From positions 1-52,713 of the IMG/VR virus record IMGVR_UViG_3300037882_001471: a DNA stretch of 52,713 nt; one strand, given 5' to 3'. Positions 17,694-26,637 of the stretch are shown one piece after another. Source of the DNA: a virus (Duplodnaviria; Caudoviricetes). The notes beneath the pieces are model-generated. The model did no database searches. It was not told the DNA's origin and worked only from the letters and a program-made list of their open reading frames with translations. The translations under genes and the position numbers were made by a program. The stretch's first letter is position 1, and every line of letters begins with the position of its first letter.

Positions 17694-18545
17694 TTATGCT
17701 GCTTGCGTGTTGTCATCAATGCCCGCGCCGTCTGCAAATGCCGCCCACAGGTGCGCGCGCCATGCGTTGCGGGGATTGCGCAGGTGTTCATAATCATCCC
17801 ATAATTCCGCAGCGTGCTTTTTAGCCTTGCCGATAATCCGCAAATGCGCTTTGACTTGCTCGCGTAACGCATTGCAGATAACAGGCGCGGCCCCGCGTGC
17901 GCGTTCCTTTTTGATTGCGCTGATAAGTTCCAGGCAGGCGCGGCGCGTTTCTTTTATTCCCTGCAATTCTTCAGCGTAATCACTGCCTGCGCGCCACGCT
18001 TCATTATATTCCCTTTCTTCTTCAGCCTGCTTTTCTGCAATGCTATCGGCATGGCGTGCAACTTCGCGTGCTGTTTTATCGTAACTTGCGCCTTCAGCCG
18101 CGCCGCCTTTTTCACCTTCATAAATTGTATTCAGGTAAAGACGCGCGCCGCCTGTATCGTCAAAGTTTTCTGAATCGATGTAACCAGCGATATATTGCGG
18201 CTTGCCTTTGCGCGCTGGCAATTGATAGACAACCCCGCGCAATTTCGCGCCCGTGCCGTCATCATCAGTAAACCAGCCTGTATGATCGATGCCATACGCA
18301 TAGTTATAATTGCGCGTTGCTACCTCATCAGCATAACCGACAAAGCGCAATCCTGTTGCCGCGTGCTCTATCCACCGCGCGCCGTCTTTTCCTGCTTGGT
18401 TATATTCGATATTTGCGCGCATGTTTGGAATATTCCACCATTCCACGCCAGCGGCAAAACGGTTTTGCGCCTGTATATATGCCGCCTGCGCAGTTGCGCC
18501 ATTGGCACGAATACGCTTGTATAATTCTGAGATAGTGCTTTGCAT
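17694..18545 (-). CDS. hypothetical early protein
   Basis: 283 aa, RBS present, IDHTGWFTDD motif. Confidence 0.7.
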   Translation of the reverse strand: MQSTISELYKRIRANGATAQAAYIQAQNRFAAGVEWWNIPNMRANIEYNQAGKDGARWIEHAATGLRFVGYADEVATRNYNYAYGIDHTGWFTDDDGTGAKLRGVVYQLPARKGKPQYIAGYIDSENFDDTGGARLYLNTIYEGEKGGAAEGASYDKTAREVARHADSIAEKQAEEEREYNEAWRAGSDYAEELQGIKETRRACLELISAIKKERARGAAPVICNALREQVKAHLRIIGKAKKHAAELWDDYEHLRNPRNAWRAHLWAAFADGAGIDDNTQAA

Positions 18546-18575
18546 CGTTCTATCCTTCCTTTCCTGAGTGTGTGA

Positions 18576-19070
18576 TTAGTAGATTGTTACAGCGCCGCCG
18601 GATTGCCAGCTTCCCGCGCTGTAATCGAATTTCTGCCCGGTTTTACTGACAACGCGGTAAATAGGAATATAGTTTGCGTTACCGTGCCGCCCAAAATCAT
18701 CAAAGCCGATAAGCTCAAAACGATCAAAGTTTTCCGGCTTGATATATTCCGCGTCAAATTGACTAAGCGGCGCGTTTTTGCGTGTTGCGCCTTTTGGAGT
18801 CCATTGCTTAGAGCGGAGAAAAGCTAAACCTTTTTCAATCTGCTTTTCGTCGGCAATAAGCGGAGGGTTTTTTTCGATACGCTCTAAAATCTCGCACAAT
18901 TCCGGGCCTGTCATTTTGCTTGACGTGCTGCTAGTGGAAAGATTTTGCACGCGCCTGGAATCAGCATTAAGCGCTTTGCGCAAGCCTCTTATGCGGCCCT
19001 CGCTGATTTTACCCGTTTTCAATTCCGCAAGCGCGGCAAGATAAGGGCGGGAGTGTTTTACTTTTTGCAT
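18576..19070 (-). CDS. hypothetical early protein
   Basis: AAGGAG RBS, own promoter. Confidence 0.7.
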   Translation of the reverse strand: MQKVKHSRPYLAALAELKTGKISEGRIRGLRKALNADSRRVQNLSTSSTSSKMTGPELCEILERIEKNPPLIADEKQIEKGLAFLRSKQWTPKGATRKNAPLSQFDAEYIKPENFDRFELIGFDDFGRHGNANYIPIYRVVSKTGQKFDYSAGSWQSGGAVTIY

Positions 19071-19105
19071 CGTTTTAGCTCCTTTGTTGCATCGTTAGTA
19101 TTGAT

Positions 19106-19159
19106 AATCTAGCAAGTGTAATTACACATTGCAAGCCTTATTTTTACATTCCGTAAAAA
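19106..19159 (-). promoter_or_regulatory. leftward promoter with upstream operator
   Basis: Minus strand TTGCAA-17-TAGATT; TTTTTAC-ATTCC-GTAAAAA at 19141-19159. Confidence 0.6.
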
Positions 19160-19512
19160 CTCTGATTTTCCTCATAGAATTTAAGCGCGGCAAGCATGGA
19201 TATATTTTTAAGTAAATGCCATTCACTGCCGCCCGCCTCGCCTGCATACCAGTTGCCAGCTATCTTTTTAAATAGCGTGCCGTCATAGCTCAAAATATCC
19301 GTTTCTCGATTGTGTGTAATATCGGGAATTAGTAAAGGCGAGCCGTAATCATCCACTAGCTTGAAACCGCTGTAAGGATTGCCGCCTTCAATAATCACCT
19401 GGTTAGCTTCCTGCATGGTGATTTTATGCGGTTCGCAAGCGATATTATTATGGTCAACTCTGACAAATGATAATGCGCCTGATCCGCTGGCATAGATTTT
19501 AATTCTGCTCAT
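19144..19512 (-). CDS. hypothetical protein
   Basis: 122 aa ORF in early operon. Confidence 0.6.
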   Translation of the reverse strand: MSRIKIYASGSGALSFVRVDHNNIACEPHKITMQEANQVIIEGGNPYSGFKLVDDYGSPLLIPDITHNRETDILSYDGTLFKKIAGNWYAGEAGGSEWHLLKNISMLAALKFYEENQSFYGM

Positions 19513-19516
19513 ATAA

Positions 19517-19972
19517 TTACCCGTGCGCGTTGTGAATGTGAAACGTGCGATAGCCTAGCGACTTGGCAATTGCGCCTAATGCCTCGCGCATGGCGCTATC
19601 ACCTACGCCGCTGATTGACTGCGAAAGTACAACCCCCGCGTCATCAATTGCAGCGGCAAGCGCGGCGCTCGCTTTATGATAGCCACAACCGCCCGCCTTT
19701 CCGCCTCCGCTGATATATACAGCCTCGCGCTTGCCGCGTGCCTTATCGCTTATCCATATGCACGCATACGCCGTTGATCCATACATGCGGCTTGGCACGC
19801 TGTATATTTTAGCGTTGATAATCGCTTTCATGTTTTCACCTTCACGCGGTTCATAATCAACCCGGCCCGCTTGATAGGAAACCAGCACGGCGAATTCCTG
19901 GTGAAAGTGTTGCTCTTTACGGTATTTTGCAACTTCGCCGTCATGTTGTGTTTTGGTGATTTTAGCTTGCAT
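19517..19972 (-). CDS. conserved phage early protein of unknown function
   Basis: GGGKAGGCGYHKASAALAAAI motif; AAGGAG RBS. Confidence 0.7.
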   Translation of the reverse strand: MQAKITKTQHDGEVAKYRKEQHFHQEFAVLVSYQAGRVDYEPREGENMKAIINAKIYSVPSRMYGSTAYACIWISDKARGKREAVYISGGGKAGGCGYHKASAALAAAIDDAGVVLSQSISGVGDSAMREALGAIAKSLGYRTFHIHNAHG

Positions 19973-19984
19973 CGTTTGTACTCC

Positions 19985-20221
19985 TTAGTTTTGTGTTGCG
20001 ACTTCCTCATAGCGTGCATACAGCGCCGCTAGAATTATTTCCGTATCTTCTTCAGGCTTCAGCTTTTCCAGCAAGGATAATTCCGTGCGGAATTCTTCAG
20101 CGTCTTCACCCTGTAAATATACGCTCTTAGCTTGCGCGGTATTGTTGAGCGAATAACTAAGCCCGTTGTGATAACTGGTTAGTGTGAAATTCGCGCTTTG
20201 CCTTATGATGACGGCGGGCAT
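19985..20221 (-). CDS. hypothetical protein
   Basis: AAGGAGG RBS. Confidence 0.65.
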   Translation of the reverse strand: MPAVIIRQSANFTLTSYHNGLSYSLNNTAQAKSVYLQGEDAEEFRTELSLLEKLKPEEDTEIILAALYARYEEVATQN

Positions 20222-20236
20222 CGTTTTTGCGCCTCC

Positions 20237-20428
20237 TTAGCGCTTCGCAGTGCTGGCGTATTGCGTGCCAGTCATATCAATTTCAACGGTTGTAACCAGG
20301 CTTTGCGGGCGTTGACTATTCGGCACTTCGCTAAAGTCTGCGAGGCGATAACCGTAAATATGCCCGATAAGCGCGCCGTTTGCCAACATGACAACAGCGG
20401 CGATTGTAAGAAGGGTTTTAGCTTTCAT
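20237..20428 (-). CDS. small membrane/secreted protein
   Basis: Hydrophobic N-terminus; AAGGAGCAA RBS. Confidence 0.6.
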   Translation of the reverse strand: MKAKTLLTIAAVVMLANGALIGHIYGYRLADFSEVPNSQRPQSLVTTVEIDMTGTQYASTAKR

Positions 20429-20458
20429 TGTCTTTTGCTCCTTTGTTAGTGTTGTTAG

Positions 20459-20487
20459 ATTTTACCAGCCGTAAAAATTGAAGTCAA
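20459..20487 (-). promoter_or_regulatory. leftward promoter with operator in spacer
   Basis: Minus strand TTGACT-17-TAAAAT containing TTTTAC-N5-GTAAAA (20460-20476). Confidence 0.65.
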
Positions 20488-20494
20488 ATAAAAA

Positions 20495-20677
20495 CTACAT
20501 TGTTGCGGAATAAATCCAACCAAGAGTTAGAATTAACCAACCGCTAATAAATGCAGCGCGTGAAAATTTCGGGTTTGAAACAACACGCTTTACACCTTGA
20601 ATCATGGCGGCGATTACAAACCAGCTTACAACCGCGTAAAGCGTCATAGCTGCTACCATATAAAATGTATTATGCAT
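20495..20677 (-). CDS. small two-TM membrane protein
   Basis: Two hydrophobic stretches; start overlapping upstream stop. Confidence 0.55.
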   Translation of the reverse strand: MHNTFYMVAAMTLYAVVSWFVIAAMIQGVKRVVSNPKFSRAAFISGWLILTLGWIYSATM

Positions 20678-20939
20678 TTTCTGCCCAATCGCTAGACTTG
20701 TCATACTCTGCAAAATCTTCAGGGCATTTATCACCCTCATTGACCGGCCCGAATCCTACACACAGCCCGCCGAATCCCGGCGCGTTGTCTGCATCCTGTA
20801 CTATGCCAACGTCACCGCGCTTTGCCGCTATTGCCTGCGCTGCTTTATTTGCAGCGTCTTCCAACATCGTTACAATGTCGGTCAACTCTTGCGCGCTCGC
20901 TTCTTCCGCAAGTTGGTTTATGTTTAAAAAATGTGCCAT
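20670..20939 (-). CDS. acidic hypothetical protein
   Basis: AAAGGAGCAACTAA RBS. Confidence 0.65.
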   Translation of the reverse strand: MAHFLNINQLAEEASAQELTDIVTMLEDAANKAAQAIAAKRGDVGIVQDADNAPGFGGLCVGFGPVNEGDKCPEDFAEYDKSSDWAENA

Positions 20940-20953
20940 GTTAGTTGCTCCTT

Positions 20954-21172
20954 TTACTGGTTAGAAAATTCAGGTAATTTACGCGCCGCCTCTTGTCCAC
21001 AAGCGCCGCATTTTTGTTCACTTCCAACTTTATAGGTGAAGTGTGGAGCGCCGTTAAAAACATGCCCGCATTCGAGTATGCAGATAACCCCATCAGAACG
21101 ATGATCCGCGCTTGTGATTTTACGTTGCGGGCGCATACCGCTGGCAACATAATTAAATCGTGCGTTGTTCAT
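20954..21172 (-). CDS. small Zn-ribbon protein
   Basis: LECGH...KCGAC. Confidence 0.55.
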   Translation of the reverse strand: MNNARFNYVASGMRPQRKITSADHRSDGVICILECGHVFNGAPHFTYKVGSEQKCGACGQEAARKLPEFSNQ

Positions 21173-21269
21173 AATACCCCCTGAATCAGCACGCCTGCGA
21201 ACATTGCGGCAAATAACCACATTGCATAACCTGGCGCGTTGCGTTGCATCTTACGGCGCTGTTTGCGTG

Positions 21270-21521
21270 TCATAAACTCATAACCTTTGTTACAGTGTTA
21301 AAAACGCCGCCTTGATGCCCGTGCATATCATCGGCAAAAATCTGATTGCCGTTGCTTTCCTTCCACTGCGTCAAGAGCGCTATGTAATCCGCCTTTACGA
21401 TTTTCACACATCCACCAGCGCCGCCAGGAATAGGGCATACAATTTCTTTTGCCATGCGCGCCAGTTTTATCGCTTCTTTAATTGTCTCCGGCGCTAGAGA
21501 ATGTTCACCAACATTTTGCAT
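21270..21521 (-). CDS. hypothetical early protein
   Basis: AAGGAG RBS, own promoter. Confidence 0.65.
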   Translation of the reverse strand: MQNVGEHSLAPETIKEAIKLARMAKEIVCPIPGGAGGCVKIVKADYIALLTQWKESNGNQIFADDMHGHQGGVFNTVTKVMSL

Positions 21522-21561
21522 CGTTTTAGCTCCTTTTGGGGTTGATCTATCTTACATATGA

Positions 21562-21615
21562 ATACTACACACTACATATTACATAGTCAACAGCTATTTT
21601 TACATTCCGTAAAAA
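21562..21615 (-). promoter_or_regulatory. leftward promoter with upstream operator
   Basis: Minus strand TTGACT-17-TAGTAT; TTTTTAC-ATTCC-GTAAAAA at 21597-21615. Confidence 0.65.
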
Positions 21616-21673
21616 ATAATTGCATCAATTTTTAACGCTGGCTTATACGCCACTGCGCACGGCTCGCGCCTGC

Positions 21674-22204
21674 TTACTGCTTATGTCCCGGCGGATTGAC
21701 CGGAGGATATTGCACGGGTTGCAGCGGCTTGCCGCCTGTTACATGGCTCGCGCTGCTGACGTTGGTAAATGTCAACCCTTTAATGGTTTTGTAACCTGGC
21801 GTTTTCCTTAAATGCTGGCTCATCTGTGACCGATTAATTCCCAGCATACTGCAAGCCTCCGCTGCGTTGCGGAATGTTTGCCCGGTTTGCTCGCATTTAA
21901 CAGGATTATGCCGGTTGACGTGCTGGGTTAAATTCAGTGGCGGCCATCCATGCGCCTTGATCCATGCACTTAATGCGTTGCTCGCTTCTAACCTGTGTTT
22001 ATGTAAACTTACCACGTCTAAAAGATAGTGCTTGTTATGATCCCAATCAGGATTTTTAATTGCGTCTGCTGCTGCTATTACATTTGCGTGTTTACAGTAC
22101 CATGCAAAATCAGGCATTCCGCTGCTGTTATCTTGTGCCGTAATGGTATAAACAGCCCATGCATTTTGCGATAAGTCTGTATTGATCCAAGTTTTAAGTA
22201 TCAT
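21674..22204 (-). CDS. NUMOD1-type HTH protein (homing-endonuclease-derived DNA-binding domain)
   Basis: PVKCEQTGQTFRNAAEACSMLGINRSQMSQHL...KTIKGLTF. Confidence 0.6.
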   Translation of the reverse strand: MILKTWINTDLSQNAWAVYTITAQDNSSGMPDFAWYCKHANVIAAADAIKNPDWDHNKHYLLDVVSLHKHRLEASNALSAWIKAHGWPPLNLTQHVNRHNPVKCEQTGQTFRNAAEACSMLGINRSQMSQHLRKTPGYKTIKGLTFTNVSSASHVTGGKPLQPVQYPPVNPPGHKQ

Positions 22205-23014
22205 GGTAGTTCCTTTGGTTTGGGTTTTGTGTAATAGCTACACTGTAGCAGTTTACCAGATTGTAACGGTTTTACAATAGAAAAATAGAGGAAAAGCCGA
22301 TTTTCATATCCGTCCGTCAATGCAACGCTACATAAATTAAGATGTAACTATCTAAAGTGTTGCCACTTAGCAGCGCTCCAAGAGTATAAAAAACGCATAA
22401 GTGACCAAACTCAGGAAATCAAAAATTCATAAGCCGCTGTTGAAACCCCGTCCTAATCATGGCGGAATGTAGTGCGCAATAGTGTAACACCTGTATCACC
22501 TGCGCCAATCTTACCACGCTGTTACATCGTCACCTAATGCAGAATAAACTACATTCTACACACTACATCATTACACAAGCTAGATGTGGGGAAGATGCCA
22601 GGTAGGTAGCAGGCTGGCGCATCTCTACCGAGGGGGGCCGTTCCCCCGTCTTTTGCGGGGCGTGGGATCGATCCGCACATTTTGTAAATTTGGCAAAATT
22701 GAAAACCCGAACCAAGATTCATGAGTTATAAAAGTTGAAAATATAACTCACACCCCCTCCCCCCCACTTCAACAGATATAAATTCTCCATTCGGAAATTT
22801 TCTGGTATTTTGAACATCAAGCCCCTCACGTTCCTAGAGGGTTGGGGAAGGCAGCAACGCTTGAATGGATTACCTGCAACAGATGAGCCGTGAGATATTC
22901 CGGGGAGAATGGTTGTCAAACTGTCGGTGATGTGGGCTTGTCATTGGCGATGGAAGGTAGTCACTGCCAAAATTTTTTCCGATCTGGCAGCAGCCACGAG
23001 CAGTGCATTTACAG

Positions 23015-23043
23015 TTGACACCAGATTTTACAGTGTGTAAAAC
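23015..23043 (+). promoter_or_regulatory. rightward promoter with operator in spacer
   Basis: TTGACA-17-TAAAAC containing TTTTAC-AGTGT-GTAAAA (23026-23042). Confidence 0.6.
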
Positions 23044-23149
23044 TTGCTCACACCGGCAGGGTAGTTTAAGGTGGTAAAAACACCGGAGGCTTGCGCCACT
23101 GGAAATGAAGGCTCGAAATCTTCCTCTGCCGCCACAAAAGGAGCATGAA

Positions 23150-23338
23150 ATGATCACTATCGACAGCCTCATCGCAGAGGGATTGTACGCATGGGACACC
23201 AGCGTTCCACCGGATGAGCATGGCCGGCATTATCTGCGCCGCACGCCAGCAGGTGACAGGGCCGCGATGTTCTGGTCGCCGGAGAAGCTATCAGCCGTGC
23301 AAAATCTGCTCGCAGCAGCCAGCCAAGTACCGGCATGA
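23150..23338 (+). CDS. hypothetical protein
   Basis: AAAGGAG RBS before ATG 23150. Confidence 0.55.
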   Translation: MITIDSLIAEGLYAWDTSVPPDEHGRHYLRRTPAGDRAAMFWSPEKLSAVQNLLAAASQVPA

Positions 23339-23463
23339 CAGTTGGTGAGCTGCTTGACGCGCTTAAAAATCAGCCGCGCGATCGTGAGGTAACTTTCACC
23401 ACGCCGAATGGTCAGGTATGGACGCCTGAGAAACCAAAGGAACAAAATGATGCTCGTAAGTGA
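23335..23463 (+). CDS. small hypothetical protein (42 aa, not in ORF track)
   Basis: MTVGELLDALKNQPRDREV, same N-terminal pattern as next gene. Confidence 0.5.
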   Translation: MTVGELLDALKNQPRDREVTFTTPNGQVWTPEKPKEQNDARK

Positions 23464-23635
23464 TTTGATAAAAGCATTGCAGGCGATGCCGCAGGATGCG
23501 CTCGTGGAATTTCATGACGCAACCTATAACCGCACCTGCCCGGTCAACATCGTGCATCCACAGCCTGTCAAGGTGGATCGCATTTCGGCAGAATTTGCGG
23601 TCGTTCTCACCAACAATGATGGAAGGTATCGCTGA
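23447..23635 (+). CDS. hypothetical protein
   Basis: MLVSDLIKALQAMPQDALV, common phage small-protein family. Confidence 0.6.
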   Translation: MMLVSDLIKALQAMPQDALVEFHDATYNRTCPVNIVHPQPVKVDRISAEFAVVLTNNDGRYR

Positions 23636-23862
23636 TGAGCGACATTAACGCACGATTGCAGCACATCGTTACCATGATGGGCATCACCTACAACCGCGAT
23701 CAAACATGGGAGCAGATGGGGCTGGACTCATTGGATGAAATTTCGCTGGTGATGGAGATCGAGGAAGAATTCAACATCGAAATTCCTGATGGAAAAGCTG
23801 CGGAGATAAAAAATCCTGAGCAGGCGATCGAATATTTAAAACAAAGGGGAATACTGTTGTGA
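23635..23862 (+). CDS. acpP: acyl carrier protein
   Basis: MGLDSLDEISLVMEIEEEFNIEIPD with phosphopantetheine Ser (DSL). Confidence 0.88.
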   Translation: MSDINARLQHIVTMMGITYNRDQTWEQMGLDSLDEISLVMEIEEEFNIEIPDGKAAEIKNPEQAIEYLKQRGILL

Positions 23863-24059
23863 GCTATCACGCCTATCCGCGATCCGGTAAATGGATTCTC
23901 ACCCGCACGGGCGGCAAGCGCGCGCTCAAACGCTACGATACCGAGCGCGAAGCATGGAAAGAGGCAAAAACCCGTGCCGCATCGGAGCATGTCATCGCTT
24001 ATTTGCACGATCACACTGGCAGAATCGTAAAAAGGGTTCCGAGCTTTGAAGAAAACTGA
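23859..24059 (+). CDS. DUF2188-like small protein
   Basis: HxYP..GKW...GGKRA...DTEREA...HDHTGRI. Confidence 0.6.
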   Translation: MSYHAYPRSGKWILTRTGGKRALKRYDTEREAWKEAKTRAASEHVIAYLHDHTGRIVKRVPSFEEN

Positions 24060-24228
24060 TGGCCTGACTTTCGAGCAGTGGCTTGGGCTGGTTGCCAGAT
24101 CGGAAAAATGGAACGGCAAGATGAGAACTCCCCGCGCTTGGAAAGTTCTGTACGATCAAAATTTGAGTTTCGAGGAAGCTGCGGTGAGCACCGCCGTTAA
24201 ACTCTACAACGTAAAAAATCAATACTAG
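24046..24228 (+). CDS. hypothetical protein
   Basis: Overlapping ORF at end of operon. Confidence 0.45.
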   Translation: MKKTDGLTFEQWLGLVARSEKWNGKMRTPRAWKVLYDQNLSFEEAAVSTAVKLYNVKNQY

Positions 24229-24271
24229 ATGTAGCTTACACTTTGACATTATGCCCAATATGTAGCATTCT
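24222..24271 (+). promoter_or_regulatory. terS promoter overlapped by tandem NrdR-like boxes
   Basis: TTGACA(24243)-17-CATTCT; ataCtAgATgTaGctt (24222-24237) and gccCaAtATgTaGcat (24253-24268), 31 bp apart. Confidence 0.6.
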
Positions 24272-24277
24272 TGGGGC

Positions 24278-24889
24278 ATGACGGAGCAACTAACCACACC
24301 TACAAAGGCATATGATCTGCTTGAGCATTACGAACGCCAAGCGGTTGATGACTATGTAAATTATGCCATAAACCAGCAGTATCATCGCCGGCAGCGTATC
24401 GCGCTCGCGCTCTATGTTCCCATCCCGTCCGAACTGGTACGGCGCTCCAAAGGCGTGCTGGCAAAGCCGCTGGCGCGCGCTGCGGTGGCTGAAAAGCTGA
24501 CCGATGCGGCGAACGAACAAGACCTTTCCCCTGACCGAGTGATTCACGAGCACGCGGTGATCGGTTTCAGCAATATTGCCGATTATTTACAGATCGGCAC
24601 GTTTGGGGATTTCTCAATTAAAAATCTTGACAGCATCCCGCGTCATTTACTCGCGGCGGTGAAGTCGATGAAAACCATTCCGTCACCTTATGGGTTACGC
24701 ACGGAGATCACACTGCACGACAAGCATCCTTCCTTGAAGGTTCTCACCGAACTGATGGGCCTTGTCGCGCCTGACCGCCCCCCGGCGCTGGCGGATTATT
24801 CCAAGCCGCCGGAACAGGATCAAATCGGAGAAGGAGCACCCGAAACCGCATATGCCGCACTACTCGAATCTTCGCAGATGCGGCAATGA
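24278..24889 (+). CDS. terS: terminase small subunit
   Basis: RVIHEHAVIGFSNIADY...EITLHDKHPSLKVL pattern; directly upstream of TerL. Confidence 0.75.
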   Translation: MTEQLTTPTKAYDLLEHYERQAVDDYVNYAINQQYHRRQRIALALYVPIPSELVRRSKGVLAKPLARAAVAEKLTDAANEQDLSPDRVIHEHAVIGFSNIADYLQIGTFGDFSIKNLDSIPRHLLAAVKSMKTIPSPYGLRTEITLHDKHPSLKVLTELMGLVAPDRPPALADYSKPPEQDQIGEGAPETAYAALLESSQMRQ

Positions 24890-24893
24890 TTAA

Positions 24894-26633
24894 ATGGATG
24901 ATCTGTTCGGTTTATATCGTAAGCAGACCCAGCAGGTAAGCCTAGCCGTAAGGCCGCGCGCGCTCGCGCATCAGCAATGGCCTCCTGACTATGACGCGGT
25001 GTACCGGTGGCGGCATGAAACACTGCTCAAGCTGAAGAAAGATGCGAAGCTGCTGGCGAGCAGCAAAACATATTATTCCGCGCGACCCGCAGAATTCATC
25101 ATGGATTGGATGGACACTTACGATCCGCGTAATACAGAGCGCAAATGGATGCCGTTTGTTTTTTTCATGCGGCAGAGTGATCTGGTGGAGTTTTTAGAAG
25201 CGTGCGCGATCGACCAGGAATCCGGGCTGATTGAAAAAGCGCGCGACATGGGCGCAACGTGGGTATGCTGCGGCTATACGATCTGGCGCTGGCTATTTAT
25301 TAAGAGCGATGCGATCGGCTGGGGTTCGCGCAAGGAAATGCTGGTAGATACGCTTGGTGATCCCGATAGCATTTTCGAAAAGCTGCGGCTGCTGGTGCGC
25401 CGCTTGCCGACTGTGTTTCATCCGAAGGATTTTAATTGGGCGCGCCACGCAACGTTCCTCAAACTCATCAACCCGGAGAATGGCAGCATCGTTTCCGGTG
25501 AGGCGGGTGACAATATCGGTCGCGGTGGTCGTAAGTCGATCTTCTTTAAAGACGAATCGGCGCACTATGAGCGCCCGGAGAAAATCGAATCGGCGCTTGG
25601 TGACAATACCCGCGTACAGATCGACATCTCATCGGTCAACGGACTTGGCAACGTGTTTCATCGGCGCGCAGAGCACGCGGTAGAATGGACGCGCGGGCGC
25701 GAGTTGCCGAAAGGATTCGTGCGTAAATTCATCATGGACTGGCGCGACAATCCGATGAAAAGTGAGGAATGGTATCAAACGCGCCGCGCGAAATATGAAC
25801 GCGAAGGTCTGCTGCACGTTTTTGCGCAGGAAGTTGATCGCAACTATTCCGCCGCCATCAGCAACACCGTTATCGAATATCACTGGATTCGCGCTGCTAT
25901 CGATTCACATATCAAAGTACCGTACATTGCCGCTGCATATGCAGAACTGAAAAAGCATAATGAAATTTATTGGTGGGGCGGCTTGGACGTGGCCGACGAG
26001 GGTGATGACCGCAATGCTATGGCGCTCCGCGAATGGATTATCTGGCGCTCCGCTGACGAATGGGGTGAACGCGATCCTGGCATGAGCGCCCGTCGCGCCA
26101 TCGGTATGTGCCAGCCGCATTCCGGCAATATCCAATGCATGTACGATTCCATCGGTATCGGCGCGAGCGTCAAAAGCGAATATAACCGGCTCACGGAGGA
26201 TGAGAAGATCATCGATCAACGCCTGATTCCGTTCATCCCGTGGAATGCCGGTGCTGCCGTGCTTGAGCCGTTCAATCGCATCATCCCTGACGATGATAAA
26301 AGTTTACTTAATAAAGATTTCTATGAGAACCTTAAGGCGCAGGCGTGGTGGTCGCTGCGCACGCGCTTTTACAAGACGTATAAAGCGGTCACAGAAGGGA
26401 TAATGTACCCGGTGGATCAGTTGATCAGCCTCGATAGCACAATGCCCCTGCTGGACTCGATATGCAAGGAATTGGCACAGCCCACGCACGTTAAATCCCA
26501 CAGGCTTAAAACCATGATCGATAAGAAGCCAAAAGGGACGAAATCCCCCAACTTGGCCGATAGCGGCGTACTGGCATATTTCCCTGTTCCGGGTGATTCC
26601 AGCGTGGTTCAGGTGGGGGTGTATGGTCATTGA
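24894..26633 (+). CDS. terL: terminase large subunit
   Basis: EKARDMGATW Walker A variant, FKDESA Walker B, GLDVADEGDD and KSPNLADS RNase H-like nuclease motifs. Confidence 0.93.
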   Translation: MDDLFGLYRKQTQQVSLAVRPRALAHQQWPPDYDAVYRWRHETLLKLKKDAKLLASSKTYYSARPAEFIMDWMDTYDPRNTERKWMPFVFFMRQSDLVEFLEACAIDQESGLIEKARDMGATWVCCGYTIWRWLFIKSDAIGWGSRKEMLVDTLGDPDSIFEKLRLLVRRLPTVFHPKDFNWARHATFLKLINPENGSIVSGEAGDNIGRGGRKSIFFKDESAHYERPEKIESALGDNTRVQIDISSVNGLGNVFHRRAEHAVEWTRGRELPKGFVRKFIMDWRDNPMKSEEWYQTRRAKYEREGLLHVFAQEVDRNYSAAISNTVIEYHWIRAAIDSHIKVPYIAAAYAELKKHNEIYWWGGLDVADEGDDRNAMALREWIIWRSADEWGERDPGMSARRAIGMCQPHSGNIQCMYDSIGIGASVKSEYNRLTEDEKIIDQRLIPFIPWNAGAAVLEPFNRIIPDDDKSLLNKDFYENLKAQAWWSLRTRFYKTYKAVTEGIMYPVDQLISLDSTMPLLDSICKELAQPTHVKSHRLKTMIDKKPKGTKSPNLADSGVLAYFPVPGDSSVVQVGVYGH

Positions 26634-26637
26634 TGTA

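Noticed and set aside
22205-23100. tRNA genes in the gene-poor region
   Set aside because: No convincing cloverleaf with T-loop GTTC and acceptor stem found by eye; tRNAscan-SE would be decisive
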